From an uncultured Gammaproteobacteria bacterium (GTDB taxonomy: Bacteria; Patescibacteriota; Patescibacteriia; Magasanikbacterales; UBA922), in contig CAYSXR010000004.1 of NCBI GenBank assembly GCA_964435035.1, forward strand, positions 676 to 64,675: a stretch of 64,000 nt of DNA, read 5' to 3'. Of this stretch, positions 36,579 to 45,951 are shown piece after piece. Both the position numbers and the translations under genes were made by a program. The notes beneath the pieces are model-generated. The model did no database searches. It was not told the origin of the DNA and saw only the letters and a program-made list of their open reading frames with translations. Numbering within the stretch: the first letter of the stretch is position 1; every line of letters starts with the position of its first letter.

Positions 36579-38366
36579 ATGGAAATTCGAAACATTGCAA
36601 TTATCGCACACGTAGACCATGGTAAAACCACTTTGACCGATGCTTTGCTTCGCGAGTGTGGCATGATTACTGAGGAAGGTCAGACTATGGATTCAAACAC
36701 TCTTGAAAAAGAGCGTGGTATTACGATTTATGCCAAAAATACCTCGCTTTTTTATAAAGGAACCAAAGTAAATATCGTGGATACTCCGGGCCATGCTGAT
36801 TTTGGTTCTGAAGTAGAGCGTGTACTCCGATCGATTGATTCAGTGTTATTGATTGTTGATGCTCAGGAAGGTCCGATGCCTCAAACTAAATTTGTATTGA
36901 AAAAATCTCTTGAAATTGGTTTGAAACCGATTGTGGTTTTGAATAAAATTGATAAACCTGCTGCACGACCACAAGAAGCTCATGATATGGTTTTGGAACT
37001 ATTTATGGATCTTGGAGCAAATGATGAACAACTCAATTTTACGACTGTTTATGCAATTGGCAAACTTGGTATTGCAAAAAAGAACTTAACTGATGAGTCA
37101 ACTAATCTTGAACCATTGCTTGATACAATTCTCGAAAAAGTACCTGCTGCTCGCCATGATATTACCAAACCTCTTCGGATGCAGCCATTTAACCTCGCGT
37201 ACGACAATTATCTGGGTCGTCTTGCTGTTGGGCGTATTTACGAAGGTGTGGTAAAGCAGGGTGATAAAGTATTTATCAAAAATGAGGATGGAACTGTCCG
37301 AACGGGGAATATTACCAAAATTCAAAATTTTAAAGGTTTTGCTCGTGAAGAAGTGCAGCAAGCTGAAGCAGGGGATATTGCTATGATTGCGGGAATTCCT
37401 GATATTTATATTGGTGAGACCATTTGTGTTTCAGCTGATCAGGAAGCATTACCTGCTATCAAGGTTGATGATCCAACAATTTCTATTGATTTTTTGGTCA
37501 ACAATTCTCCATTTGCTGGAAAAGAGGGAACCTATGTAACCAGTAGACAAATTCGCGAACGACTTGAAAAAGAGCTCGAGGTGAACGTGGGTCTACATGT
37601 GGAATTTGGTAGTGGAGATCGTTTTACCGTGTATGGACGAGGAGAAATGCATATCGCAATTTTGCTTGAAAATATGCGCCGTGAAGGATTCGAACTTCAG
37701 GTGTCTCAACCTCGTGTAATTATCAAAGAAGAAAATGGAGAAAAAGTAGAGCCTTTTGAAGAAGTAACGATTGATGTGCCTGATATATATGTTGGTACGG
37801 TTATTGAAAAAATGAGTAAACGAAAGGGTAGTATGACGAATATGATGCCTGAAGGTGGTCATACTCGTATTATTTTTGAAATCCCAACTCGTGGTATCCT
37901 CGGATATCGTGGAGAATTTGTAATGGATACTCGTGGAGAGGGAATTATGGCGTCACGTGTGACTGGATTCCGTCCTCATGTGGGAGTTATTGAAAAGAGG
38001 GAAGTTGGAAGTATGGTTTCTATGCTTACTGGAAAAGCGCTTGGATATGCACTGTGGAATCTCCAGGAACGAGGTACACTCTATATCGGACCAAACATTG
38101 AAATTTACGAGGGAATGGTTATTGGTAATGTGGCGAAGGGTCAGGATATGGCAGTGAATGCAATCAAAGGAAAGAAACTTTCAAACATGCGAGCAAGTGG
38201 CAGTGATGATGCAATTATTCTTACTCCTCCATTTGAAATTTCACTTGAGCGTGGTATGGAAATCATGACTGATGATGAATATCTTGAAATTACTCCAAAA
38301 AGTATTAGACTTCGAAAGAAATATTTGACTGAGGTTGAACGAAATAAGGCGAAGAGGTCGAGTTAA
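36579..38366 (+). CDS. typA: Translational GTPase TypA/BipA
   Basis: G1 AHVDHGKTT, G3 DTPGH, G4 NKID; EF-G-like domain order without domain IV; C-terminal BipA domain. Confidence 0.9.
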   Translation: MEIRNIAIIAHVDHGKTTLTDALLRECGMITEEGQTMDSNTLEKERGITIYAKNTSLFYKGTKVNIVDTPGHADFGSEVERVLRSIDSVLLIVDAQEGPMPQTKFVLKKSLEIGLKPIVVLNKIDKPAARPQEAHDMVLELFMDLGANDEQLNFTTVYAIGKLGIAKKNLTDESTNLEPLLDTILEKVPAARHDITKPLRMQPFNLAYDNYLGRLAVGRIYEGVVKQGDKVFIKNEDGTVRTGNITKIQNFKGFAREEVQQAEAGDIAMIAGIPDIYIGETICVSADQEALPAIKVDDPTISIDFLVNNSPFAGKEGTYVTSRQIRERLEKELEVNVGLHVEFGSGDRFTVYGRGEMHIAILLENMRREGFELQVSQPRVIIKEENGEKVEPFEEVTIDVPDIYVGTVIEKMSKRKGSMTNMMPEGGHTRIIFEIPTRGILGYRGEFVMDTRGEGIMASRVTGFRPHVGVIEKREVGSMVSMLTGKALGYALWNLQERGTLYIGPNIEIYEGMVIGNVAKGQDMAVNAIKGKKLSNMRASGSDDAIILTPPFEISLERGMEIMTDDEYLEITPKSIRLRKKYLTEVERNKAKRSS

Positions 38367-38390
38367 CTGGTTATCTAGTTGTCTGGTTTT
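38367..38390 (+). repeat. Family E 8-bp periodic repeat, copy E3 (begins at the typA stop codon)
   Basis: CTGGTTAT-CTAGTTGT-CTGGTTTT. Confidence 0.5.
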
Positions 38391-38392
38391 GT

Positions 38393-38467
38393 AAGATTGA
38401 AGATTAAAAACTGAAGATTAAGGAAAATTTAAAATCTTTAGTCTTTAATCTTCAATCTTTTTTATTT
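38393..38467 (+). terminator. Long perfect 16-bp-stem hairpin terminator (family D motif TTTAATCTTCAATCTT)
   Basis: AAGATTGAAGATTAAA...TTTAATCTTCAATCTT followed by TTTTTATTT. The same 17-mer recurs at 45918-45934. Confidence 0.7.
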
Positions 38468-38538
38468 ATTCATATCAGGGTGTGAGCTATTGAAAAAGTT
38501 ATTTATATTCGCTATACTCTGGTAGATAATTAATCCAT

Positions 38539-38609
38539 GGGCGCGTGGTGAAATGGTATCACTAAGGTCTCCAAAACCTTCGTCGTCGGTCCGATTCCGA
38601 CCGCGCCTG
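38539..38609 (+). tRNA. tRNA-Trp (anticodon CCA)
   Basis: Acceptor GGGCGCG/CGCGCCT, anticodon loop CTCCAAA. Atypical T-loop TCCGATT. No encoded CCA. Confidence 0.65.
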
Positions 38610-38616
38610 CTCCAGA

Positions 38617-38646
38617 AAACATGGCTAACATAAGCCATGTTTTTTG
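38617..38646 (+). terminator. Rho-independent terminator after tRNA-Trp (same design as the one at 34464)
   Basis: AACATGGC-taacataa-GCCATGTTTTTT. Confidence 0.75.
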
Positions 38647-38717
38647 TATACCCACCGAAGGAATTGAACTTTTTAGTAAAATGCTCTATAGTTTCTATAC
38701 TAATTTATAATAATCCC

Positions 38718-39029
38718 ATGCCTATGGATTTTGATGATCTTGTTCTTTCTCCTGAAGATGCTGCAGCAGACATACCAAAACTTTTTGAAAAAGAACGTTT
38801 TGAAAGTGTGCATTATTTATTGGATCAAATTCAGGAACGAGGAGGAAAACAGAGGGCAATGGAATTAGTCGAGAAACATTTCAGGAAAGAAGGAAAGTTT
38901 GATCTTGCTGCACAATGTCTACCTTGGCTTTTGGAAAAACTTAAGAAGGATCGAGATATAGATAGTGAATTTGGTAATAAAACTCCAGATGAGATACGAG
39001 ATTACTTTGGATTAGGAAAAAGGATGTAG
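38718..39029 (+). CDS. Hypothetical protein (103 aa)
   Basis: ATG at 38718 (MPMDFDD...) preferred over the ORF-track start; no recognisable domain. Confidence 0.4.
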   Translation: MPMDFDDLVLSPEDAAADIPKLFEKERFESVHYLLDQIQERGGKQRAMELVEKHFRKEGKFDLAAQCLPWLLEKLKKDRDIDSEFGNKTPDEIRDYFGLGKRM

Positions 39030-39123
39030 TTTCACAGTATAATTGTTGGGATATAAACATACCCCTTCTCCTCACGTAAAATAGTTTCAACGTCCCGTAC
39101 GATGTTCTGTACGGAACAACCAT

Positions 39124-39151
39124 TGACAAATTCTCTTCTTTCTGCTATACT
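39124..39151 (+). promoter_or_regulatory. Promoter of the DEAD-box helicase gene, followed by a roughly 100-nt structured leader
   Basis: TTGACA, 16 nt, TATACT; leader hairpins GAGGAGATTTACTCCTC and TAGTGGCCCAGTAGACATCGGGTCACTA. Confidence 0.55.
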
Positions 39152-39252
39152 CGCATTTCATTCATTAGAGGAGATTTACTCCTCATAGACTCGAATCTTC
39201 TTGTTCCATAGTTGTAGTGGCCCAGTAGACATCGGGTCACTATATTTATTTT

Positions 39253-40698
39253 ATGGAACACACACCACAAACTTTAAGTTTTGATAACCTCGGACTTGCT
39301 CCGAAAATCGTCGACATTTTGATGCAGAACAAATTTACTCAGCCAACTCCGATTCAAGCGAAGTCTATTCCTGTTGCACTCGAAGGAAAAGATATGGTAG
39401 GAATTGCTCAGACAGGCACGGGAAAGACTCTTGCTTTTGGATTACCAATGATACAACGATTGTCACAGTTGAAAGCTCAAGGTCTTGTACTTGTTCCTAC
39501 TCGCGAGTTGGCATTACAGGTAGAAGAAACCATTCGAAAAATTGGTAATAGTTTTGGTCTCAAAACCACCGTGGTTATTGGAGGAGCTTCGATGCATATG
39601 CAGGTGAATGAGCTTCGTCGCAATCCGCACATTATTGTAGCAACTCCTGGGCGACTCGCTGATCATCTCGAACAAAAAACAGTAACGCTTGATCGTATTA
39701 AGGTGGTCGTGCTTGATGAAGCTGACCGTATGTTTGATATTGGATTTGCACCGCAAATCAAGCGCATTTTGTCGCTTACACCGAAAGATCGTCAGACACT
39801 TCTTTTTTCTGCAACCATGCCTGCTGAAATTGCAAAAATGGCATCACAACATATGAAATTGCCACTTCGAATCGAAGTTGCTCCACAAGGAACGAGTTCG
39901 GCAAATGTTGAGCAGGAAATTTTTATTATTAGCAAAGAACAAAAATTACAATTACTTCAGAAAATGCTTGATGATAACAAAGGAACTGTACTCGTGTTTT
40001 CCCGAACCAAGTTTGGAGCAAAACGAATTGCCGCTTCTCTTCGTCACATGAAGCACACTGCTGTTGAAATTCATTCGAATCGTACACTTGCACAGAGAAA
40101 AGCGGCATTAGCTGGATTCAAATCTGGTCAGTATCGTATTCTTGTTGCAACTGACATTGCTGCGCGTGGAATTGATGTAACGGGAATTTCACTCGTTATC
40201 AACTTTGACTTACCGGACAATTCTGAAGATTATGTACACCGTATTGGTAGAACAGGTCGAGCTGGAATGAGTGGTAAAGCAGTTTCTTTTGTAACACATC
40301 AAGAAAAATCACAAATTAGACAGATTGAGAGATTGATCAAAAAGTCATTGCCTATTATTGGACTTCCTACTCTTCCTCCACGAATTGAAGTTCCTCGGGA
40401 AGAGAATAGACCTGAAAGAGGATATGGACGTCCTTATCGAGGTGGACAAGGCGGGGGTCAGGGTCGTGAAGAAAGAAGTTTTGGGGGTGGTAATAATAGT
40501 CAGAGACGAAATCGAACTCATCGATATGGCAACAATCGCCCACGACCAGAAGGTGACCGTGGTGGTAGTTCAGGAGAGAGACCAGCGTACAATCGTGGAC
40601 CACGTACCGAAGGTCAGTCGAGTTCTGACGGTTCTCAGCAACGATCATTTCAGCGCACTTTTCGAAGACCTACACGTCCTCAGAGTACACAAAACTAA
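39253..40698 (+). CDS. DEAD-box ATP-dependent RNA helicase with a C-terminal Arg/Gly-rich tail
   Basis: Q-motif, AQTGTGKT, PTRELA, DEAD (VLDEADRM), SAT, HRIGRTGR; RGG-rich C-terminus. Confidence 0.9.
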   Translation: MEHTPQTLSFDNLGLAPKIVDILMQNKFTQPTPIQAKSIPVALEGKDMVGIAQTGTGKTLAFGLPMIQRLSQLKAQGLVLVPTRELALQVEETIRKIGNSFGLKTTVVIGGASMHMQVNELRRNPHIIVATPGRLADHLEQKTVTLDRIKVVVLDEADRMFDIGFAPQIKRILSLTPKDRQTLLFSATMPAEIAKMASQHMKLPLRIEVAPQGTSSANVEQEIFIISKEQKLQLLQKMLDDNKGTVLVFSRTKFGAKRIAASLRHMKHTAVEIHSNRTLAQRKAALAGFKSGQYRILVATDIAARGIDVTGISLVINFDLPDNSEDYVHRIGRTGRAGMSGKAVSFVTHQEKSQIRQIERLIKKSLPIIGLPTLPPRIEVPREENRPERGYGRPYRGGQGGGQGREERSFGGGNNSQRRNRTHRYGNNRPRPEGDRGGSSGERPAYNRGPRTEGQSSSDGSQQRSFQRTFRRPTRPQSTQN

Positions 40699-40722
40699 TG
40701 AGGGTACATACTTGACTTTATA

Positions 40723-40756
40723 AGTAACCTGGTATACACTAGGTTACTTTTTAATT
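40723..40756 (+). terminator. Rho-independent terminator after the helicase
   Basis: AGTAACCT-ggtatacact-AGGTTACT followed by TTTTAATT. Confidence 0.6.
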
Positions 40757-40832
40757 GATGCTATTCTTTTGGATTTATCTGAATCTAGAGGAGCTGGATC
40801 AATAGTCGAGCATCAACCAAAGGAGTTTTTAC

Positions 40833-41342
40833 ATGATCAAGTTCATTCTCGTCCTCTTCGCGTGTATCCTCGCATCCTGTGGTTCCACCGTCCCGTTCGA
40901 GAAGTACCAGAAGCTTCAGGCAGATCAAGATCAGCGGATTAGACGTGCACTCGATGCCTTCGAACAGATCCAGCGTCGCTTGCTGAAGCAAGAGCTGACT
41001 TTCTATGTGCGTCAGGGTGGCACAGGGGGAGTGCTGTACGAGTTCATGCCGGTCGCGGACAAGGATATTCTCAGACCTCTTTCGAAGCTTGGTCCTGCGA
41101 CGAAGGGGCCTGTGCGTTCCGATATGATCGTGACAGTGCGGTCAAGCGAGCGGCTGAATGAAGTCAATCCCAATCTCTCCTACTGTGTTTTCGAGGTGAG
41201 TCTCTGGAAGATTAAGGGGCGAGAAGTCATTCATGTGGATCGTTCTGAGGAGTCGGGTGCGTCGCCTCCGTGCAATCCTGAAGAGAAGATTGAACGTCTG
41301 GACTACTCCGGCACCAAGCTCCAGACCATCATCTGGTTTTGA
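40833..41342 (+). CDS. Lipoprotein on a high-GC mini-island (probable horizontal acquisition)
   Basis: Signal peptide with lipobox ILASC; GC about 55% against about 38% in the flanks; strong SD AAAGGAG 8 nt upstream, unlike neighbouring genes. Confidence 0.6.
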   Translation: MIKFILVLFACILASCGSTVPFEKYQKLQADQDQRIRRALDAFEQIQRRLLKQELTFYVRQGGTGGVLYEFMPVADKDILRPLSKLGPATKGPVRSDMIVTVRSSERLNEVNPNLSYCVFEVSLWKIKGREVIHVDRSEESGASPPCNPEEKIERLDYSGTKLQTIIWF

Positions 41343-41404
41343 ACAACCCCGACGCCTCGCGCCGACTGTTACGACACGGTGCGATCGCGTCGGGAACAGT
41401 TTAT

Positions 41405-41438
41405 CCTACACTAGAAATAGTGTGGGGTTTTTGTTTTT
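41405..41438. terminator. Bidirectional terminator between convergent genes
   Basis: CCTACACTA-gaaa-TAGTGTGGG followed by TTTTTGTTTTT. Confidence 0.6.
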
Positions 41439-42507
41439 AGCCGAATAATCGTTTAAAGAATCCTGAAATTCTGGCTGGTTTTTTGGGCGGATTTGGTTTT
41501 GGAGGATTTTCTATCTGAGCGTTTTCCTCTCCTGGTTGGGGTACTATATCAAGACGAAATAAACCAGGTATAGTATCATCCCTCTCAAGATCAAGTATTT
41601 GAGTTTTTGTGAGAGATTGTATTTCTGCTTTGAATGCCTGTTCTATTGCATCGAGCAATATTCCTTTTTCTTCTTTCCATTTTTTATTCATCTCATTTCT
41701 AGATGTGGGATCGAGTTTTGTAATTTTAGCTTCAAATTCTTCTTCTTTTTTTGAAACGGGGGGTTTGAGGAATTTAGTGTATGTTTTTAATAACTGGTCG
41801 GTTACTAAACCAATAAGCATGTCCCGTTCTTCATTATTATTTCTATCAGACACATTCAGTGCACCTGTAATTTTTATTTTTGCGGCATAATATTCATGTA
41901 AGTTTTGTTGTATAACTTCTTGTATTTTTGTGAATTTATCAACACCTCTGTTGGCTGCACGTTTGAAAATATCGTTATTTGTATACTTCTTTATATTTTG
42001 CAATATGTCATGCATTTCACCTACTAATTCTAAGATGTACTCATCTCGTTCACTGGTATCATTTTCATTTGTTTTATCACCTGTGCCTTTACTTTGTTTT
42101 TCTCGTAAGTCATGAGTTATTGCTAATTCAATTTCAGCATCACTGCCATGTACGAGAGAGGTTAATGTTGTAGGTGTATCTTTGATGAGACTATCATCGA
42201 TGTTTCTTAGAACCACAGTTATGATATCTTCATAATCGGGTGGAAGATTATTTGGGGTGGTGTCTTGGTTTTTTTGTCTGCGACCTGGCTCACTTGCTAG
42301 CATTATTTTTTCTGCAATTGCATCAAGTGTATCATGTTTTTCTAGAAATATTCTATCGATATCTCCCAGTATTTTTTGCTGTGTGTCACTAGGAAGTTGT
42401 TCTAGTATTTTTTGTATTTTTTTTTTGGCATTTTGTAGAATAGTGTCTTTTTCATGGACTTCCTCCATTATTTCTTCTGTTGAGTGTATATTTTGACTTG
42501 TTTCCAT
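41437..42507 (-). CDS. Hypothetical acidic, Lys/Glu-rich coiled-coil protein
   Basis: 356-aa ORF, low complexity, C-terminal PKPNPPKKP; no motif recognised. Confidence 0.45.
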   Translation of the reverse strand: METSQNIHSTEEIMEEVHEKDTILQNAKKKIQKILEQLPSDTQQKILGDIDRIFLEKHDTLDAIAEKIMLASEPGRRQKNQDTTPNNLPPDYEDIITVVLRNIDDSLIKDTPTTLTSLVHGSDAEIELAITHDLREKQSKGTGDKTNENDTSERDEYILELVGEMHDILQNIKKYTNNDIFKRAANRGVDKFTKIQEVIQQNLHEYYAAKIKITGALNVSDRNNNEERDMLIGLVTDQLLKTYTKFLKPPVSKKEEEFEAKITKLDPTSRNEMNKKWKEEKGILLDAIEQAFKAEIQSLTKTQILDLERDDTIPGLFRLDIVPQPGEENAQIENPPKPNPPKKPARISGFFKRLFG

Positions 42508-42576
42508 AGGAGCCGCTAATTATATAATAAATAAAGTATATAGTGACTTACTATTTTCTGCAAATGTGAGCGTTTG

Positions 42577-42585
42577 TGATATACT
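42577..42585 (+). promoter_or_regulatory. Extended -10 element for the GT28 gene
   Basis: TGaTATACT 17 nt upstream of the ATG at 42602; it lies inside the GTG-started ORF-track model, which is why that start is rejected. Confidence 0.4.
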
Positions 42586-42601
42586 ATATAAAATATTGCG
42601 T

Positions 42602-43960
42602 ATGTCCAAACAAAAAACATTTTCAGAAGCTTATATTGTTACTGTCGACATGGGATATGGTCATCAGCGTGCAGTGCACCCATTGCGAGATATTGCCGCG
42701 TCTCCTGTAGGATGGCAGAATGTGGATATTATCACAGCTAATAATTATGGCGGAATTCCTAAGAGTGATAGTCTCAAGTGGGAGAGTAGCCGCAAAGTCT
42801 ATGAGTGGATATCGCGTCTCAAAAAAGTACCACTGATTGGTCCTCTATCGTTCTCTATCATGGATTATATTCAGCGGATTGATCCTTTTTATCCTAAGCG
42901 TGATTTGTCTCGACCAACCCTTCAGGTCAAAGAAATGTATCGAATGATTGAGGAAGGGTGGGGGAAACACCTGATTGAAACTCTTAATCAGAAACCATTA
43001 CCATTGCTTACTTCTTTTTTTGCTATTGCTTTTTTTGCTGAAGAACATGGATATCAAGGTGAAATATATTGTTTGTGTACAGATACTGATATTAGTCGTG
43101 CATGGGCACCACTTGATCCGAAGACAAGTAGAATCAAATATTGTGCTCCAAATAAACGAGTAAAACAACGACTTTTGCATTACGGTGTTCCTGAGAAAAA
43201 TATTTTTGTAACAGGGTTTCCTTTACCAAAAGAAAATACGGGAACAAAAAATTTAAAAACACTTAAACAATCTTTGGGATGTAGGGTCACCAATCTTGAT
43301 CCAAATTTACGGTATCAACGAAAGTATGAGTCTACGATTGAATCATATTTAGGTGCTCGCTATTGTAGTCGTGACCATGAACATCCATTGACTATTACGT
43401 TTGCAGTGGGTGGAGCAGGAGCTCAGCGCGATATTGGTATCACCATACTCGAAAGTTTGCATGAACATATTGATACAGGTAGGGTAAAATTGAATTTGGT
43501 TGCTGGATCACGTAATGATGTGTACGTGTATTATGAGAATAAAGTGAGAGAATTGCATCTCAATGAAAAACATTCGGGAATGATTAATATCATTTATGAT
43601 GCACAAAAGATGGGATATTTTGAGAAATTCAATGAAGCACTTCTGACGACTGATATTCTCTGGACTAAACCAAGTGAACTTTCTTTTTATGCTGCTCTGG
43701 GTATTCCTATTATCATAGCCCCTTCGATTGGTTCTCAGGAAGATTATAATCGAGCGTGGCTCCACTCAATTGGTGCTGGATTTGAGCAAGAAGATCCACG
43801 GTATACTCATCAATGGCTTTTTGATTGGCTTGAGTCTGGCTGGCTTGCTGAGGCTGCTGTAAGTGGTTTTTTGCATGCTCCTAAAAATGGAGCGTATCAC
43901 ATCGAAGAAGTTGTGCTGCGAGGAAAACGCAGCGAAATTGAAGATGTTCATCTTTTGTAA
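42602..43960 (+). CDS. GT28-family glycosyltransferase (MurG / diacylglycerol glycosyltransferase-like)
   Basis: N-terminal VDMGYGHQRAV (G-x-G-H motif of MurG/UgtP) and central FAVGGAGAQ. Confidence 0.55.
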   Translation: MSKQKTFSEAYIVTVDMGYGHQRAVHPLRDIAASPVGWQNVDIITANNYGGIPKSDSLKWESSRKVYEWISRLKKVPLIGPLSFSIMDYIQRIDPFYPKRDLSRPTLQVKEMYRMIEEGWGKHLIETLNQKPLPLLTSFFAIAFFAEEHGYQGEIYCLCTDTDISRAWAPLDPKTSRIKYCAPNKRVKQRLLHYGVPEKNIFVTGFPLPKENTGTKNLKTLKQSLGCRVTNLDPNLRYQRKYESTIESYLGARYCSRDHEHPLTITFAVGGAGAQRDIGITILESLHEHIDTGRVKLNLVAGSRNDVYVYYENKVRELHLNEKHSGMINIIYDAQKMGYFEKFNEALLTTDILWTKPSELSFYAALGIPIIIAPSIGSQEDYNRAWLHSIGAGFEQEDPRYTHQWLFDWLESGWLAEAAVSGFLHAPKNGAYHIEEVVLRGKRSEIEDVHLL

Positions 43961-43965
43961 TCTGT

Positions 43966-44883
43966 ATGAATTGGATTCTCATGGCACTTATTGGATACGG
44001 TTTGCTTGCTCTTACCTTTATTCTTGATAAATACATATTATCATCAACTACCATCCAGCGTCCGAGTGTATACACATTTTATTCTACCATTATTATGTGG
44101 GGTGCAATGGTGCTTTTGTTTTTTTCAAAAGAAATATGGGGATATTATGATATTTTGATTGGGCTCGGTTCGGGAGTCGCATTTGGGTTTGGGTTATTAA
44201 CGTTGTATGTTGCAGTGAAGGGGGGAGAAGCGTCGCATGTAAATCCTTTTAGTGGAGCCGTGGTTGCAGTGACTACCTATGTATTATCACATTATTTTTT
44301 GTCTGAAACATTGACACCAGGGCAGCTCTGGGGAATGGTATGTCTGGTAGTTGCGTCGGTTGTCCTTTCGTATCAGGAGACTAAAATAAAAAAAGGATTT
44401 TCCCTGAGTTATCTTTGGGCAATAGTTTCAGGTGTATGTTTTGCTATCTCTCATGTGAGTGCTAAATTTTTGTACATGACACATGATTTTATTCCTGCGT
44501 TTGCCTGGAGTCGGGCTGGAGCTGGAATTGTCGGATTACTCCTACTTTTTCATCCTCGTGTGTTGAAAGAATTGTCTTATCGATTGTCGCATAGAAAAAA
44601 GTCAAAGAAAAAAATACAACCAACTTCGCTTGCGATTGTGTGGATTGCGAAAATTATTGGTATTGCAGCGGTTGTATTGATTCAGTATGCTGGAGCAATT
44701 GGTTCAGTTTCAGCTGTACATGCATTGAGTGGGCTTCAGTATGCACTTATGTTTGCAATAATTTTTGTATTAAGTAAATGGTCACCAAAAACATTCAAAG
44801 AATATTTTTCACCGCGTGAGCTAGTAGTACAGAGTTTTGCTATCATGCTCGTTATTATTGGCGGGGTATTATTTATTTTGTAA
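43966..44883 (+). CDS. EamA/DMT-family transporter (10 TM)
   Basis: Two repeated 5-TM halves; typical DMT hydrophobicity pattern. Confidence 0.55.
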   Translation: MNWILMALIGYGLLALTFILDKYILSSTTIQRPSVYTFYSTIIMWGAMVLLFFSKEIWGYYDILIGLGSGVAFGFGLLTLYVAVKGGEASHVNPFSGAVVAVTTYVLSHYFLSETLTPGQLWGMVCLVVASVVLSYQETKIKKGFSLSYLWAIVSGVCFAISHVSAKFLYMTHDFIPAFAWSRAGAGIVGLLLLFHPRVLKELSYRLSHRKKSKKKIQPTSLAIVWIAKIIGIAAVVLIQYAGAIGSVSAVHALSGLQYALMFAIIFVLSKWSPKTFKEYFSPRELVVQSFAIMLVIIGGVLFIL

Positions 44884-44887
44884 TTTT

Positions 44888-45883
44888 ATGCGCATGAGCT
44901 GGTTTGGTATTCTCATTGGACTTGTGGCTCTCATCTATGGGGGGTTGTGGTGGTATGGAAAAACTACCCATCCGATACAGTATGGAATAAGCTTTAGCTC
45001 ACAACATGCGGCATGGCTTATACCTGAGTGGAAACCCATGTATCGAGAAATGCTTACTGATTTGAAACCTGCCTTTATCCGATTGTCTGTTGATTGGGAT
45101 CAGGTCGAGAAAGAAGAAGGGGAGTATGATTTTTCTGATGTTGATTTCATGATGAATGAAGCGGGTAAGCAGAATGTGCACGTGCTTTTGGCTGTAGGAC
45201 AGAAGACTCCTCGTTGGCCTGAGTGTCATTTACCGTCCTGGCTTGAAGAAAAAACACGTGATGAATATTTGCACAAATTATATGCGTATGTCTCAACTAC
45301 GGTAGACCGTTATAAAGATCATAAAGCACTTGAATATTGGCAGGTCGAAAATGAACCATATATCAAGTTTGATTTTGGGAGTTGTAAGCGGTTTGAGCCA
45401 CTTGCAATTGATGAAGAGATTTCTATTGTTCGGGCGAAAGATGATATTCATAACATCGTAGTGACTGATAGTGGTGAATTATCAGTGTGGTATCCTGCTG
45501 CAAAAAAAGGAGATATTTTTGGAAGTACGATGTATCGAGTGGTCACTACTCCGAAAGGAAGTATTTTTACTTATGATTGGATGCCTGCAGGATGGTTCAA
45601 AGTTCGGGCAAACATATTTGGTTTATCACCAGATACATTTTTTATCTCAGAATTACAAGCTGAACCTTGGATCCATAATGGTGATCTCATTGGAATGCCA
45701 ATTGAAGATCAATTTGAGACTATGAGTGTCGAGCAGATGAAGAAAAATTTGGAGTTTGCGAGATATACTAGTGCATCGCGAGCATATTTGTGGGGAGTGG
45801 AGTGGTGGTATTGGATGAGGTATACGCACAATGATTCTAGTTTTCTTGATTTGGCTCGGGAATATATGGGAAAGAATAATTGA
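44888..45883 (+). CDS. Membrane-anchored clan GH-A glycoside hydrolase
   Basis: N-terminal TM; catalytic acid/base context YWQVENEPY (NEP motif); ATG at 44888 avoids an overlap with the upstream gene. Confidence 0.5.
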   Translation: MRMSWFGILIGLVALIYGGLWWYGKTTHPIQYGISFSSQHAAWLIPEWKPMYREMLTDLKPAFIRLSVDWDQVEKEEGEYDFSDVDFMMNEAGKQNVHVLLAVGQKTPRWPECHLPSWLEEKTRDEYLHKLYAYVSTTVDRYKDHKALEYWQVENEPYIKFDFGSCKRFEPLAIDEEISIVRAKDDIHNIVVTDSGELSVWYPAAKKGDIFGSTMYRVVTTPKGSIFTYDWMPAGWFKVRANIFGLSPDTFFISELQAEPWIHNGDLIGMPIEDQFETMSVEQMKKNLEFARYTSASRAYLWGVEWWYWMRYTHNDSSFLDLAREYMGKNN

Positions 45884-45951
45884 GACTAAGACTAAAGAAT
45901 AAAGATTGGTGATAATTCTTTAATCTTCAATCTTTCTAACACTGTTTTTTA

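Noticed and set aside
40358-40723. ORFs 40358..40723 (+) and 40367..40648 (-) inside the DEAD-box helicase 3' region
   Set aside because: Overlap the RGG-tail coding region of a gene with complete DEAD-box motifs; frame artefacts.
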